From: Callorhinchus milii
Taxonomy: Eukaryota
Direction: 5' to 3'
Length of the DNA stretch: 64,000 bases
NCBI RefSeq assembly: GCF_018977255.1
Contig: NW_024704742.1
Coordinates: forward strand, 76,510,001-76,574,000
Numbering within the stretch: position 1 is the stretch's first letter; each line of letters starts with the position of its first letter. Below the pieces are notes generated by a model. It was given only the letters and a program-made list of their open reading frames with translations, did no database searches and was not told the origin of the DNA. The translations under genes were made by a program, and so were the position numbers. Shown here in pieces: positions 38,700 to 52,291 of this stretch.

Positions 38700-39600
38700 A
38701 TTTTTGTTAATCATACAAAAATATCTAATAATTGACAGCCAACATGGCTTCAGAAAAGCTAGATCTTGTCTGCCCAATATGATAAATGTTTTGAGGAGGT
38801 AACATCGTAATTGATTGTTGGAAGCTATATGATCTGGCATATCAAGACTTTCAAAAGGCATTAGACAAAGTACCTCATGAAACTGTGGCCACTGGGTATC
38901 AAGGGAAAGACGATTCAAAATCAGCTGAAGGGAAGGAAGCAAAGGATCTTTGTTAGGAGAGCTGGACTGAAATGGAAGAGAGGCATTGTGTGGGCTGCTT
39001 CAGGTGTTTGTGCTGGTACCCCTCCTGCTCCTTGTATATGCAAACCCAGTGTAAGATAATTAAAATTGCAGATGACATCAAGTTGGGGAAGTATGAAATC
39101 AGAGGATTCAGCAAAGGTCCTACAAAGAGAGCTTGATAGAGTATAAACATGGGCCGATAATGGGCAAAATGATGTTTAATATGCAAGTTGTTACTTATAG
39201 GAAGTAATCATAGGAAACACATGTACTCCATGGATAGAACAGAGCTTGCCAAGGGGGAAGCTGAACGAGATCTAGAGGTGTTAATTGACTTGTTGCTCAC
39301 AATGTCAAAACTGTGTGGCAACAATAAATAAGAAACACAGGATTCAGCTATCTTGCTGAATGAATTGTATTTAAGTAGTCAGCTGTCATCTTCAAGCTGT
39401 GTAGTGCTCTGGACAGGCCGCACTCAAGAATACTGCATTATAGTTCTGGTCACTGCAACATAAGGAAGCTGCCCAGAGGAGATTAATGAGGATGATCCCC
39501 ACTGGTAGAGGAATGAGCTATGAGATCCCCAAGCATGCTTGATAGAAGAGTAAAGTTTCCAATATTCCTTCCTTAATGTCAGATAAACTAACTCCAGTGA
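38700..39600 (+). mobile_element. Old CR1 RT fragment
   Basis: Degenerate SQHGFRK.RSCL, DF.KA.DKVPH, KIADDIKL and LDRPH motifs. Confidence 0.75.
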
Positions 39601-40834
39601 AAACCACAAGGTGGAAGCACATCGCTCCAGGTAAATGTCTTATTTGATTGCATTATTTTTTACTTAATTCTAATTTATCAAACTTAAATGGGTGAAGGAC
39701 TACATTGGACCTTTGGAATTCAGGCAGAGGGATAGCGGCAAGATTCAGAAATCAGGCCACAAATGGTATCACAAAGGGGATTGCACAGCAAGTCTAGAGA
39801 ATATTAAGAAGGGGGTCAATGTGATGGCCCATTTTATATTTTCTGCATCCAGTGGAATCAGAAGGGCATGTCACAGCCTCAGCTAAATCCATGTCAAGCA
39901 CCGGCAGGTTTTGTGAGTTTCCGCATCAGAACACTGGGGAATGGTTTTCTGTAAGATCTTTGAGACATTCATATTATAAGTGCTATATCAAATGCAAAGA
40001 TATTATCTTTTCATTTGCATTTTTCGTAAAATGTACCCCTAAAGTGACTTTATAAAAGAGCAAAAAATAACATTTGCATGTTTCTAACCCCTCACTAGTG
40101 TTGATCCGCAGGATGCATCCCTTCAGGGAGAGAGTGCACATTCCATTCCAACAATCTATCTCTGGGATTTCCATGTGTAGGGGGGATGCATGGAATTCAC
40201 AGTTTGGTTTGGATACACTTAAGCATGGGGATGGGTTTGCACATGTGTCAGACACCCGGCTGACCAAAAAAACTAGTGTTGATGATCACCACCAAGGCAA
40301 CCACACATTTTTTCCAGTAAGAGGGATCTTCCTTTTCAGTTCCAGCCATTGTAATGATCCTTGCCTTTATTAGGATATTGATAGTTTGGAACAACTGACC
40401 GTCAAGACGCTCCTCTTCGACCGTGCTTTTGATCACTCTGCTTCCCCCTCTGCTCTCCACCCTCCCCAATACTGACCCTCAGCTCTGATCCGAAACACTG
40501 ACGGTCCAGCACCTTGGGTCGTCCTCCCGTTGTGAAAGACGCTATACAAATGTAATTTTGTTGTTGTTTTTGTTGATCCTTGGGTTATTTCAGGTTTTGC
40601 ACATGTTCAGTAGAGTGTACCTCGACCAGAAGCAAGGTGAGAAACCCTGAAGATCATTTTGGCTGAGATGAAAAAAACACTTTTATAACTTTGATGTACT
40701 GTGTAAATTCTTAATATCAAAAACATCATTAAAGAGAATCCTGTTGTTACATGTGAGGAGCATTGAACAATCCACCGCTTTTTTTAAAAAATCTCTGCAG
40801 CCATAAAATAAGTCTTTATTCTCCCGCCCTTATC

Positions 40835-41575
40835 AGACGTTGACAGCATCAGCATCCAAGGCTGCACTCTCCACCTCTCAAAGCCAGTCAGGAATCTCGG
40901 GGTTCTATTCGACCCTGAGCTGTCCTTTCTTCCCCACATTCGAGTCACAACTGGCACCGCCTTCCAGCGGTGGACTATGGGAACTCTCTCCTCGCCGGCC
41001 TTCCCGGCACCTCCCTCCACAAGCTGCAGGTCATTCAGAGCACTGCAGCTCGTGTACTGTCCCGCACCAGGCTTCGCGACCACATCACTCCCACCCTCGC
41101 TCGCCTCCACTGGCTCCCCATCCCCCAGAGGATCAAATTCAAGATCCTCATCCTCATCTACAAGGCCATTCATAGCCTTGTTCCCTCCTACCTCTCCGAC
41201 CTACTATCCCCCTACTTACCTGACCGCACCCTCCATTTCTCTGGATCCGGTGTGCTCCACATCCCCCGCCCTAACTGCCCTACCATAGGTGGCCGGTCCT
41301 TCAGCCTCTCAGCCCCTAGGCTCTGGAACTCTATCCCCCAGTACCTTCGCCACTTCCTCCCTTTCCTCCTTCAAGGCCGGTCTCAAGACCTTTCTCTTCA
41401 ACCGTGCCTTCAGCTCCCCTCTCGACTCTCTACCCCCTCCTCTCTCCCTTCCCTCCCACTCCCCTCACCCTGATCATTTCCCCCCTGCTTGGGTCCCGAC
41501 CCAACTGTCCAGCGTGTTGGGACGTCCTCCCGACGTGAAAGGCGCTCTATAAATGCCATGTTGTTGTTGTTGTTA
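40835..41575 (+). mobile_element. Young L2 LINE 3' fragment
   Basis: DYGNSLLAGLPGTSLHKLQVIQ...LHWLPIPQRIKFKIL...APRLWNSIP, canonical tail and (ttg)n. Confidence 0.92.
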
Positions 41576-42099
41576 TTGAAAGATCGTTACACAGGTTGTG
41601 AGTGTTTGTGATTCTTTTAAAATTTTACAAGTTGGAGGGAAAAAATTAGAAAAATTATTTTGCAATTTATCAATGGATGGCCAAGTCACCAGGAGAAGCA
41701 CACTACTGCAGTACAATATCAGCCTATGGACTGTGAACTCAAGTGCAGACAATGCACTTGAACCTATGGCTATCCTGCCTAGAAGTCAGAGTGCAACCAA
41801 AACAGAATGTATCTCAATATGATAGAAAGACATTTTACCAAGTCCTTCCAAAAGGTCTCATGTTAAAAATAATTTCAGAAATATTTAGAACAAAATAAGG
41901 GGATATTTCAAAATCGATTCAATGTGGCAATTGTGAAACTCAATCTGTTAAACATTGAAATCTCAATCAATAATTATTGACTGGTTTTCAAGGTGACTTC
42001 CCCTGACTATTACGCAATGGTGGTACAACATTTGTGTGTCTCAAAGTCGCCTATATCTATCTGGAGGTGACTGCCATTCTTCTTCATGCCAATGGCGTC

Positions 42100-43435
42100 T
42101 TGTTTCACCCTCAATTATCCTTTCTAACCCACATCTGTGCCTGACCCGCTCTGCCTTCCCCCACCTCCACAACATTCGCCAGGCTCCGCCATTGTCTCAC
42201 ACCACAGGCTGCCAAAACCCTCGTACACGCATTCATAATATCCAGGCTTGACTATGCAAACTCCTTGCTTATCAGCCTCTCCAATTCCTCCCTCCATAGG
42301 CTGCAGATCATGCAAAACTCTGCAGCCCGTGTCCTCTCCTGCACCAGGCTCCGTGACCCTATCACCACCATCCTCGCCGACTCCACTGGCTTCCCATTAC
42401 ACAGAGGATACAGTTCAAGATCCTGGTCCACACCTTCAAAACCCTCCAAGGTCTGGCTCCCCACTACCTCTGCCACCTCCTAACCCCTACAATCCTGCTC
42501 ACTCTCTATGCTCAGCCGGCTCCGGCCTGCTTCACGTTTTCCGCCTTGCCCACCCTACCATTGGCAGGCAGGTCTTCAGCCACTCTGCCCCCACTCTCTG
42601 GAAGTCCCTTCGTCTTGTCCCCTCCCTTGACTTCTTCAAAACTCACCTCCAGAGCCTCCTCTTCGACCTTGCTTTTGATCACCTTCCTTCCCCCCTGATC
42701 TTCACCCTCCCCAATTCCAACCCCCAGCTCAGGCTCGAAACACTGACCGTCCAGCACCTTGGGGCGTCCTCCCTATGTAAAAGGCCCTATATAAATGTCA
42801 TTTTGTTGTTGTTATATAGCGCCTTCTATGCAGGGTAGCATCTCAGAGCTGTTAACTGTGGAGGAGCCTAACTCTAAGGGGTAGGGGGTTGGTGGCTATA
42901 AGCGCGGTCGAAGAAGAAGTTTTTCAGGTGGAACTTGAAAAAGGGAAGAGAAGGGCAAGGCTGAGGGATTGAGGGAGAGTGGTCCAGAATTTCGGAGCAT
43001 AGTGGCTGAAAGTGTGACCTCTGATGGTGGGCCTGAGGGTGCGATGGACGAACTGGAGGCCAGTGCCAGTTGATCAGAGGCTCCAGGTGGTGGATTGGGG
43101 AGTGAGGAGGTTGGAGAGGTAGGGAGGTGTCAGAAAGTGAAGGGATTTGAACACGAGTGTGAGGATCTTGAAGTCGACCTATTTCAGTGATGGGGAGCCA
43201 GTGGAGCCTGGCCAGTACTGGTGAGAAGTGGGTATGGAGTTTGGTCCGGGTCAGTATGCAGGCGGTAGAGTTCTGAATGAGCTGGATCTTTTGAATAGTG
43301 GAGCTGGGGAGCCCGGCAAGGAGTGTGTATGAGTAATTCAGGCGGGAGGTGATAAATGCATGCACGAGAGTTTCGGCTGGATTTGTGGTAAGGTACATTC
43401 AGAGGCAGACAATGTGACGGAGATGGAAGAAGGCA
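42100..43435. mobile_element. Two tail-to-tail L2 fragments (42100-42812 plus strand; 42812-43435 minus strand)
   Basis: RLQIMQNSAARVL and [10 protein letters not shown]...LHWLP motifs. Confidence 0.85.
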
Positions 43436-44614
43436 GATATCTGTAGATATAGTGAATTAGGGAGAAATATCACAAATTATTTTATGTGGCAATTTTCTCT
43501 GTGTAATTTAAACCTCAGGGGATGAGTGAATCATTTCATAACAAAATGATTTATGGTGAAGCAGATGTGTTGGGATGACAACACCTGTAGGTTATCTTAT
43601 GTTCATTTTGGTGTATTCGCTTGGAATTTTGTCAAAAAAAATGATGTCACAAGAGATTACACTGTTGTTAGGTCTCTGCGTAATTTAATTGCATCAATTT
43701 CAATTTAATGCTACACTATCTAAATGTGATAATTTACACTGGGATCTGATTTGTAGAATACCAAACAAAAGCATTTGTGGTCTATATAAATGCAAATCAA
43801 AGCAAATGTAGCTCAAACAGATAAAACTAATATCCTAAACAGATATTAATTCTCTGGTACTTCTGTCAGACTGCTATAAAATCTTTATAACTAATGTGCA
43901 CTGTTCAATGCTTCCCTCATGACCCAATTAAAATATTGGTCTTCCAAAAAAAATGGCAACTTTAACAATGCAGCGCTCCTCCAGTGCTGCACTGCAGTGT
44001 CATCTTAGTCTTGAAAATTATGTTCTCACATGGTGTTTTAACTAAAAACCTTCTTACCCAGAAGTAAGAGTCTTACCAACTGAGCCAAACTGAAGTCCTT
44101 AAGAAATGGAAGTCAATGCCAGGTCATACAAAAAGGCAACTCAGAAAATCTCAAACTTACAACAATCAAAAGTATGCTATTACTCAGACCCTTGTAGAGT
44201 TAATGTGATGATAATAATTTGCTGGTTAACAGAACTACCTTTAGATATTCTGTTCTTAAGATGGACAAACAAATATTCACAAGAAGGCTATTTGTACCAT
44301 CCTGCGCACCCACTCTACTCCCCTCTCATCACAGCATCAAGCTACTTTTTAAATGAGTGCAGTGTCCTGGCCTCAACTACCCTTCATATGTCATATGACC
44401 TATGTCCTCTTGTTCTACTAACTTGTTGCATCCTAAGTTTTGATCTTGGTTTACTTTCTCAGTCCCCTTTAAACAGATGTACACCTTCTATAGGTCCCTC
44501 TGAGTCATCTTCTCTTGAGAGCCCTAGCTTGTCTAATTGTTGCTCAGAGTTCATTCCTCTTCACTGGGAATCATCTTTGTTGCTCTTCTCTGCCTCCCAG
44601 GCCTGGACAGCCCC

Positions 44615-45760
44615 CTTATGTTGAACTCTCGGCCGCCTTCGATACTGTCGACCACTCCATCCACATACACCGCCTCTCCGCTTTACTCAATCTTCGCGGA
44701 CCTGCCCTTGCCTGGTTCGATTCCTATCTCTCTCACCATCTCCACTTTGTTCCCTCTAATGGTTTCTCCTTCAGCCCCCACACTGCTTATTGGCCTTCCC
44801 AACTCCTCCCTCCATAGGCTGCAGATAACCTCCGCATCACCCCCTCCTTAGCCTCCTGCAAATCCTGTCTGAAGACCCTCCTCTTCGACCATCCCATTGG
44901 CCACCCCCCTTCCCCTCCCCTCCTTTCCTCTCCCCTGACCCCAGCTCAGGTCTGAAATGCTGTACTCTGTCCAGCGTCCTCCCGATGTGAAAGGCGCTAT
45001 TCAAATGTAATCTTATTGTTGTTGTTGATATGTCTGGGTGTATGAAGTACTCTAGGTGTGGCCTGACCAAAACAGTATGATGTCTCTGGGGATCTAAACT
45101 CAACTGATTTAGCAATATAACTCAAAAACCTTTATGTCTTGTTTATTGCTGCCTTACATTGTTTTATGCACAGTTTTATTATATCAAGGCTTGACTATGC
45201 AAACTCCTTGCTTGTTGGCCTCCCCAACTCCTCCCTCCACAGGCTGCAGATCATCCAGAACTCTGCAGCCTGTGTCCTCTCCCGCACCAGGCTCCATGGC
45301 CCTATCACCCCCATCCTCGCCTGACTCCATGGGCTTCCCATCACACAGAGGATACAGTTCAAGATTCTGGACTTCACCTTCAAAGCCCTCACAGTCTTTC
45401 TCTGCAACCTCCTAACCCCATACCATCCTATTCGCTCCTTCTTCTCAGCAGGCTCTGGCCTGCTTCAAGTCCCCCGTCTCCCTTGCCCCACTATTGGCGG
45501 GCGGGCCTTCTGCCACTCTGCCCCCACCCTCTGGAACTCCATCCCGCATTCTCTCCTCCTCACCCTCCCTTGCCTCCTTCAACACCTATCTCAAAATCCT
45601 CCTCTTCAACCGTGCTTTCGATCACCCTGCTTCCCCTCCTGCCTTCCACCCTCCCCATCCCGACCCTCAGCTCGGGTCCAAAACCCTTAGACAGTCCAGT
45701 ACCTTAACACATCCTCCCGATGTGAAAGGCACTATACAAATATAATTTTGTTGCTGTTGT
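44615..45760 (+). mobile_element. L2 fragments interrupting an old minus-strand CR1 remnant (about 44270-46370)
   Basis: LSAAFDTVDH and ISRLDYANSLLVGLP motifs. Flanking CR1 motifs LVRPHLEY and KFNIDKCK. Confidence 0.8.
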
Positions 45761-45932
45761 TTTGACATTGAGTCAAGAAACAACTCTAGATCTCTTTCAG
45801 CTGCCTTTTTGGCAAGTACTATCCCAACCATAGAGTACGTGTGTTTCCTATTGTTATTTCCTTTATGTATTGCCTTGCATTTATCTATATTAAATTTAAT
45901 TTGACATTTACCTGCCCATGTATACCCTATTG

Positions 45933-46240
45933 TGGAGTCCTGTAACTCAGTGGTGAGAGCACTCACCTCGCAAGCGAGAGGATTGGGTTAGATTCCTTGC
46001 AGAGCGAAACCTTGGGCAAGTTTCCTTACTTTACACGCCTGATAATAATCCCTCAAGAAAAAATTAATAATAACTTGGTCAATCAATCCACAACTGTTTG
46101 TGGGACACTGCTGTGTGCAATTGGCTGCCAAGTTGCGCCCAGAAATATACAGTCAATTCACTTTACAGTATATTCTGTGAAGCGTTTTGAGATGTCTAGA
46201 GGATGTAAAAAGCGCCATGTCAAACACAAGGATTATTATT
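45933..46240 (+). mobile_element. tRNA-derived SINE, older subfamily copy
   Basis: ggagtcctgtaactcagtgg head, same body, (att)n tail. Confidence 0.85.
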
Positions 46241-47529
46241 TATCAGGCTCTCTGTGTAGGACCTATGCTGCCTCCTCTCATTCCACAGTTCCCCCAAGTT
46301 AGTATTATTTACAAATGTTCTTTCTTACACTGGGTATGTAAATCCAGGCCACTAATATATACAAGGAACAGGAGGAGTCAAGCAAAGAAGCAAAAATGCA
46401 TCCCATTTCGCAAAGTCATCACATTACATCTTTACATCAGCCATACTCCATCATCACAACATACCTCAACCCCCTCCAGTACCAATTATGCACGCATTTA
46501 TTATATCAAGGCATGACTATGCAAATTCCTTGCTTGTTGGCCTTCCCAACTCCTCCCTCCATACCTCAACCCCCTCCAGTATGCCAATTATTGAAATACA
46601 GGCCGACAACCTATTATAAGGTATAACTGAGTGCGTATTTGTAGGCAAACACTTTAGCCAATTTGCATGAAGCACTGTAAAATCTCCAATACACACTGCG
46701 GGACCCACAAAATAATAATAACATTAAGCTAATAATATAAACCAGTTAAGTTAAATTTAAATACATCAGTTTAGACCTGACAACATTTAATTTGTACAAC
46801 TTCAGCTTTCTGTAAGCACAGCCTCCGAAAATGGTTGCTCCCACAAAGAGTGAAGTGATCTTTCATTCCCTTGCCTCTGGCATGTTAATATGTAAAATAC
46901 ATTTCTGCCTGTTAGATCCAAGTAAATTGTCTGCAACACATAAATTCTAACACAAGATTATAACATAAAATAGAAATTATTTTGACTTGACAGAGTATAA
47001 TAAAACAACAATATTTTGTTGTAGTGGTGTGGAAAAGCTGTAAGACAACTTATATAGTGCAGCCTTAATTTGTAGCTGAATGCCCATGCACCCATTCACC
47101 GATCTTCGGGTGAAAATACTGATGTATATCCTATTGTGGAGTCCTGGATCAGACAAAACTGGCTGCAAATAAATGAAATCTCGGCCTTACAGGAATAAGG
47201 CCATGCTCCCAGGCTGCTGCAAGCTTTACTGCCAGAATTTTCTGTGTGCTGCCAAAATTGATGCGCATATCACGCCAGGTTAGCGCGTCCTATCACGCCA
47301 GGTTATCACGTCCTCCAGAGTATCATCCACGCCATGGATTCAGCCTTCCCCTTCCCCTGGTGCAGTCAGACAAGCTGTGTAGGTCAGCTGAATTTACATA
47401 AATTATTGAATTACAAGCGGACAACTTACCTCTGAATACTGTATACAATCACACCCAATTAATCAAAACAATTACATTCTAAACAATGTCTGTTAACCTT
47501 AGCAACTTATATTATACATCCTATTTCGT

Positions 47530-48800
47530 AACACAACAACTACAACTTGGATTTATATAGCGCCCTCTATGCCGGACGACTTCTCAGAGGGCTTCACAGT
47601 AATGGATCCCGGGGCCGGGCCAGGGGGAGGGGGAGGAAGGTGACCAAAGGCTCGGTCGAAAAGAAAGGTCTTCAGCAGAGACCTGAAAATTGGAAGAGAG
47701 GGGGCGAGACAAAGGGAGTGAGGAAGGGACTTCCAGAGCCTCGGGGCAAAGTGGCTGAAGGCACGGTTGCCGACGGTCGAGCGGAGGACTCGGGGGACAA
47801 GGAGGAGGTCAGACCCAGAGGAACGAAGGCAACGGATACCGTTTTGAGGAGAGAGGAGGTCAGAGAGATAGGGGTTGCAGAGGAGTGGAGGGATTTGAAT
47901 ACAAGGGTGAGGATCTTGAAGTTGATCCTCTCTGGGACAGGCAGCCAGTGCAGTCTGGCAAGGACTGGGGTGATCGGGGAGCAGAGTTTGGTGCGGGTAA
48001 GAATACGGGCGGCGGAGTTTTGAATAATCTGGATTTTGTGGATGGTAGTGGAGGGGAGACCGGTGAGGAGGGCGTTAGAGTAGTCCAGCCGAGAGGTGAC
48101 AAAGGCACGGATCAGGGTTTCAGCAGCTTTCGGAGAGAGCTATTGGCGGAGACGGCCGATGCGTCGGAGGTGGAAAAGCGGTGCTGGTGAGGGACTGGAT
48201 GTGGGGATGGAAGGATAATTGGGGGTTGAACCTGAACCTAGGTTGTCTATGGATTCAGAGAGTTTTAGGGGGAGGTCGGGTAGGTGGAGGAGGTGAGAGC
48301 CGTGAGATTTTAGACGTTGACGAGAGCTAAAGAGTATGGCTTCTGTCTTGTCAATGTTCAGCTGAAGGAAATTTGCGTTCATCCAGCCCCTGAGGTCTGA
48401 CAGGCAGGCTGACAGAACATCAGGGGACTGGGGGTCGCAAAGAGAGGTGGAAAAATAGAGTTGGGTGTCGTCCACGTACAAGTGGAAATGTACCCCATGT
48501 CTGCGGATGACATCCCCGAGAGGGAGCATGTAAATCAGAAAGAGGAGGGGGCCAAGGATGGATCCTTGGGGTTCCCCACAGGTAACTGTGTGAGAGCGGG
48601 AGAAGAAGCCGTTTGTGCAGATGTATTGCTGGCGGTTTGTGAAGTAGGACTCGAACTAGGCGAGTGCAGTCCCACTGAGGTGGATGACAGAGGAAAGGCG
48701 ATGGAGGAGGACGGTGGGATCGACTGTGTCGAATGCCGCAGAGAGGTCCAGGAGGACAAGGAGGCAGAGGGAGCCCTGGTCACTGATAGAGAGGATGTTG
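47530..48800 (-). mobile_element. L2 LINE 3' fragment
   Basis: LPLGDVIRRHGVHFHLYVDDTQLYFS...NFLQLNIDKTEAIL. Confidence 0.9.
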
Positions 48801-48874
48801 TTTGGATGGCCTTGCCCCTCCTAACTCTCTGATCTGCTGACTCCCTATCAACCTCCCTACCACACACAGCCTAG

Positions 48875-49955
48875 ATTTATTTTGGTCAGTCCAGTATCTG
48901 ACATGTGGAAATCCATCATCATGGTTAAGAGTACCCAAACCAAGCTGAGATTTCCATGCATCCCATCTACACCTGGAAATTCCAGAGATAGATGGTTGGA
49001 ATAGAATGCGCACTCTCTCCCTGAAGGGACACATCCCTCTTCCGTAATTCCAGAAAGTACGAGGTGCAGGTTGGCAAGAGCCAAGGCTTGGAGATCCCAA
49101 AGTGTGCATTGTGATACTGCTGGAGTCTAACCAGCTAAAACCATATAGCTTGCTGATGATATTGTTGCCTGGTAAGCTTTCCTGCTGCTTGTCCAGCTTG
49201 GACCACCCTACGTGTTAGGGCTTTCGCTTGTAGGGTTAACAGGAGCTGAGTGGGATGACACCCAGTGACTGGTCTGCCCTTCCAGGCCTGCTGATGAGCC
49301 AGGCTGGCTGTTCTGTCTTCAACAGTGTCCTAGAATACTGCAGAAACATCTGGCTCAAGAACCAGACTACTGAGACCAACAGCAACAACAACAAAATTAC
49401 ATTTATAGAGCATCTTTCACGTCAGGAGGACGTCCCAAGGTGCTGGACAGGGGTGAGGGAAGGCAAAGAGTTGGGAGGGAGACTGAAGGCACGATTGAAG
49501 AGTGGGATCTTGAGACTGGCCTTGAAGGCTGCAAGGGAGGAAGTGAGGCAAAGGATCTGTGGGATGGAGTTCCAGAGTGAGTGTGGGGGCAGAGAAGCTG
49601 AAAGCCCGGCCACCGATGGTAGGATGGGTCGGGCGGGAGAGATGGAGTAGGCCGGAACCTGCTGAACGGAGGAAGCAGGCAGGTTGGTAGGGAGTCAGCA
49701 GGTCAGAGAGCTAGGAGGCGGCAAAGCCATGGATGGCCTTGAAAGTGAGGATGAGGATCTTGAATTCGATCCTCCGGGGGATGGGGAGTCAGTGGAGTCA
49801 GGCGAGGGTGGGAGTGATGGCGTCATGGAGCCTGGTGCGCGAGAATACACGAGGGCTGGCTCAATTACAACATTCCATTAGCAGGCATGTCATCTTGGAG
49901 CCAGTTCAGCTCCAATAGACCCCATTTCCCCCCTCCCCCCTGGAGGATAGTCATA
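48875..49955 (+). repeat. Unclassified interspersed repeat family X, longest copy (about 600 bp without the nested L2)
   Basis: Blocks gcactctctccctgaaggga, caaggcttggggaccccaga and ggagccagttcagctccaa recur at about 1618-2032, 4355-4745, 5900-6110 (-), 16885-17075, 18655-18780, 32070-32260, 33478-33925, 40095-40272 (-) and 59400-59580. Confidence 0.8.
49378..49852 (-). mobile_element. L2 3' fragment nested in the unclassified repeat
   Basis: Canonical tail. The host repeat resumes at about 49850. Confidence 0.85.
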
Positions 49956-50292
49956 CCTAAATAGATAGGAAAGCAACATTCTCTGGGCTGGAGAGTCAAA
50001 ACACAGGTCTCATATGGGTTCTCATATTGGTCATTCATGCAGTGAATGACCAATTTTATTTGGAGGGGATTGTTGGCCATGACACATTAAGAAACTCCTT
50101 TCTTTTCGAGTAGTGCCTGGGGAATAGGCCGAAGGGACCTCGGTTTTACATCTCATCCAAAGAATAGCACCTCAAATAGTGTAGAATACCCCAATACTGC
50201 AATGTCAGTTTAGACTATATGTTTTGCAAGTCCTGACATTGGGTTGCACCCATAACCTTCCAACGGAGTCACACTGACAGACCAGTCCTGTA

Positions 50293-50641
50293 GAGTCCTG
50301 TAGCTCAGGGTTAGAGTGCTCGCCTTGCAAGAGAGACACCTGAGTTCAATTCCAGGCAGGGCAAAACCAAGTTCTAGATCCACACGGGTACCCAGAGCAA
50401 ATGAAACTTGGGCAAGTTTCCTTACTTTACACGCCTGATAATAATCCCTCCAAAACAAAACAATAATAAATTGGTCATTTTCAATCCACGACTGTTTGTG
50501 GGACACTGCTGTGCACAATTGACTGCCGCATTTTGCCCACAAATATACAGTCAATACACTTTACAGCATATTTCTGTGAAGTGCTTTGAGATGGCTAGAA
50601 GACATGAAAAGTGCTATATCAAATGCAAGGATTATTTATTA
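50293..50641 (+). mobile_element. tRNA-derived SINE with an internal insertion of about 40 nt
   Basis: Same head, body and tail, with extra sequence at about 50369-50407. Confidence 0.85.
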
Positions 50642-50689
50642 TTTACCAGTCTGCTATACAGATCATGGTGCTACAAGCCTACCTTGGCA

Positions 50690-50930
50690 AATTAGTCACT
50701 TTGAATGCTATCCAATACATCAATGATGAATATATTGAATAGGGTGGGTGACAGTGGACAAGCCTTATCAGTCTTTTTTTGTAGAGGTATCGTCTCAGTG
50801 AATATCCTATCAACCCTAAAAATGGATCTTTGGAGCTGGAATACACATATTTTTGATAAAATACAAGATTTACAAAGAATGTACAGCATGGAAAAAGGCT
50901 ACTCAGCCCAACTAGCAAAAAGGACCTAAC
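50690..50930 (-). mobile_element. Short non-LTR RT fragment of another clade (RTE/L1-like)
   Basis: ACPLSPTLFNIFIID resembles the RT motif QGCPLSP.LFNI. Confidence 0.55.
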
Positions 50931-51954
50931 CTATCCAATCTGATGCAGTGCTGGTATCATCCTTGTAAACCTATACTTGTATTTTTTTCCAATCGCTGCT
51001 ATATCCTTCATATAGTGTGGTGACCAAAATTGGACACATTACTCCAAATGTAGTTGAACCAAACTTTTGTACAAATTCAACATCACTTCAGTTTAAACTC
51101 TTGGCCATACATTGATGTTGCCATGTATTTTCACAGTTTCTTTGAGAGTTTCACAAGGCACAAGATCAAAATCCTTACAGAAACAAATTAAAACTAAGGT
51201 AGTTTGCCCCTGGGTTTTATGATGATCTGCGATCTCACACACAGAAACAAAGGCACAACCTACCCCACATACTCCTTACGAAAACAGAATTCAGCCTGAA
51301 TGCAACACTAAAAATCTAGCAAAATATTTCATGATCAGGTTACACACATACCTAAATAGTAAAATCGCCAATAGAAACAAAATTCATAAAGGAATGTAAA
51401 TATTAATTTTACAAAATGCAGTTTAGAAATTACTTTTCATTTCATCTCCCATCTAGGGGTTGCAATCCCAGGAACCCTGATCCCTGGATCCCGCATAATA
51501 ATGGCACTCCTGAAATCCCAGGATTTGGGGATGGTATTAATAGAGGGTTACCAAAAAGTTGTGATAGCATTACAATGTCTTATAAATCTTTTAGATAATA
51601 GGTAGCTGAAAAACAAGAAAATTAATCTAGTCAGAGTAATGTACATCACACTGCAATTGTGGACCTGCACTTCTCGAGTGGAAATCATCACAATCACTAA
51701 CCCCCGCCCTGCTGGCTGCCTCGGTTAGTCCCTTATTGCCAGGCCACTGTGTTGCTAAGGTAGGTGCAAAGGGAGGCGAGTGAGTGACTGACTTGGGGAA
51801 AGGTTTCTGTGCAGCACCGGCACTTTTGCGTGAGTTCCCTGGCGTTATCCTGAGGTACCTCGATATTCAGGGATCCAGAAAAGCAATTGCAATCCTTACT
51901 CCCATCCTCAAAGTATACGTTAGATTGCCCTTTTCGTCAATTTAAGTAATAAAA

Positions 51955-52291
51955 TAATACTTGCATTTGATATAGTGCCTTATCACGTCTTTGAGACGTC
52001 TCAAAGTGATTCACAGAATATACTGCAAAGTGAATTGATGAGAGCCAATTGCGCACAGCAGTGTCCCACAAACAGTCATGGATTCAATTTATTATTATTG
52101 TTTTGAAGGAAAAAAATACCTGGAAAAGCAATCCGCCAATCGAATAACAACCGGGTATCTACTTGCTGCTAGGTAAACAGAAGCATGTGGAGTGGAGAAA
52201 GGAAACTTGCCCAACATTTTGCCCTGCCGGGAATCAAACCCAGGTCTCTCGCTTGCGAGGTGAGCGCTCTAACTACTGAGCTACAGGACTC
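51955..52291 (-). mobile_element. tRNA-derived SINE, longer-body subfamily
   Basis: Head gagtcctgtagctcagtagttagagc on the minus strand. Body related to the copies at 4810-5210 and 62590-62860. Confidence 0.8.

Noticed and set aside
40575..40662. Possible 42-nt phase 1-1 linker exon of copy B (40621-40662) and a CAKPEIT-like SP1 remnant
   Set aside because: Splice sites are plausible, but there is no convincing homology to the A or D linkers and no IVGG follows. Could be chance.
46775..46830. LQKAEV-like peptide on the minus strand as a displaced SP3 exon
   Set aside because: No following Cys/MLCAG pattern and no suitable splice sites.
50369..50407. XbaI and KpnI sites in a SINE insertion suggesting vector contamination
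   Set aside because: Only two 6-mers, with no polylinker or vector context.
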